Positions 63,201 through 64,000 of a stretch of 64,000 nucleotides of DNA are shown piece by piece (position 1 is the first letter of the stretch; every line of letters starts with the position of its first letter). Under the pieces are notes generated by a model. That model ran no database searches. It saw nothing but the letters and a program-made list of their open reading frames with translations, and was not told where the DNA came from. The position numbers and the translations under genes are program-made. The stretch is taken from the NCBI GenBank assembly GCA_043228905.1, contig JBHGNT010000006.1, forward strand, positions 16,740,001 to 16,804,000, given 5' to 3'. This stretch comes from Azolla caroliniana (lineage: Eukaryota > Plantae > Polypodiophyta).

Positions 63201-64000
63201 AGGAACCAAGGAGAAGGGGAAGAAGAAGATGCCAGAATATGATACCGGCAATGAAGGGTCGGATCGGAGAGAATCTGACCCCGGAAAGGGAGAAGGCGGA
63301 TCTTCAGAAAGGAAGTCCGAACCGGCCAAGAAGGACGTTAAACCGGATAACGAAAAGTTACGTCGGTCAACCTGTCAAAAGAAAACCGTCATGAGGTACG
63401 GATATAATGAGTACATGGCGTATCACTATGCGTACATGACTAAGGTGGTGGAAGTGCATGAGCCGGAGAGCTATGCAGAAGCAGCAAAAGACGCAAATTG
63501 GCGTGCTGCTATGGAGGAAGAAATGGGGGCACTAGATGCCAATGACACATGGGACCTGGTTGACCCACCCCGACAGTGCAAACCAATTGGTTGCAAGTGG
63601 GTGTACAAGGTAAAGTACAATGCCGACAGTTCGGTCAACCGGTACAAAGCCCAGTTAGTGGCGAAGGGATACACACAGACCCACGGAATCGACTACGACA
63701 AGACCTTCGCTCCGGTAGCGAACATGACGACTGGTTGTGGTGTTGGCTGTTGTTGCGGCAAGGGGATGGCATCTTCACCAAATGGACATGAAGAATGCAT
63801 TTCTTCAAGGTAATCTTGAAGAACGGGGCTATATGATCCAACCCCTTGGTTTCCAATCAGAGATGAACATGTCAATAGTGTGCCGACTCAAGAAGTCTCT
63901 TTATGGTCTGAAGCAAGCCCCTCGAGCTTGGAATGCGAAGATCACGCACCGGTTGCATAAGATGGGGTTTGTGGCCTCTAAGTCTGACTCTTCATTGTTC
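60281..64000 (+). mobile_element. Ty1/Copia element H (B-family): 5' LTR 60281-60667, PBS 60668-60679, degraded gag-PR-INT-RT running off the window
   Basis: TGGTATCAGAGC directly after ...TACA; CWYCGKKGHRESKC, WYVDFGASNHM, EPESYAEAAKDANW. Confidence 0.9.

Overview
Eukaryotic heterochromatin, most likely from a non-seed land plant (inferred from Tcn1-type chromoviruses, tRNA-iMet-primed Copia elements and heavy CG/CHG-type C>T decay). It is made almost entirely of nested LTR retrotransposons and I see no host gene. Contents: (i) 6-7 pieces of one non-chromovirus Ty3/Gypsy family with PR-RT-RH-INT plus a large extra ORF; (ii) two Tcn1-like self-priming chromoviruses and a related non-autonomous element; (iii) a fungal-type Gypsy element and a related solo LTR, both with 4-bp TSDs; (iv) several Ty1/Copia elements, one near-intact with 679-bp LTRs, plus two solo LTRs; (v) two LINE remnants. 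Main observation: in all five Gypsy-family copies whose 3' end is visible, the polypurine-tract position is instead a sense-strand copy of the tRNA-Arg 3' end (T-arm, inserted hairpin, acceptor strand, CCA, 2 nt, then TG-LTR). At 40233-40295 a 63-nt CCA-bearing tRNA-Arg(TCT) copy is fused to an LTR start in the same register. This suggests tRNA priming of the gag-pol-sense strand, or a genome RNA antisense to gag-pol. Second observation: four different LTR families carry an antisense tRNA-like A-box/B-box module in U3. Novelty could not be checked against databases.
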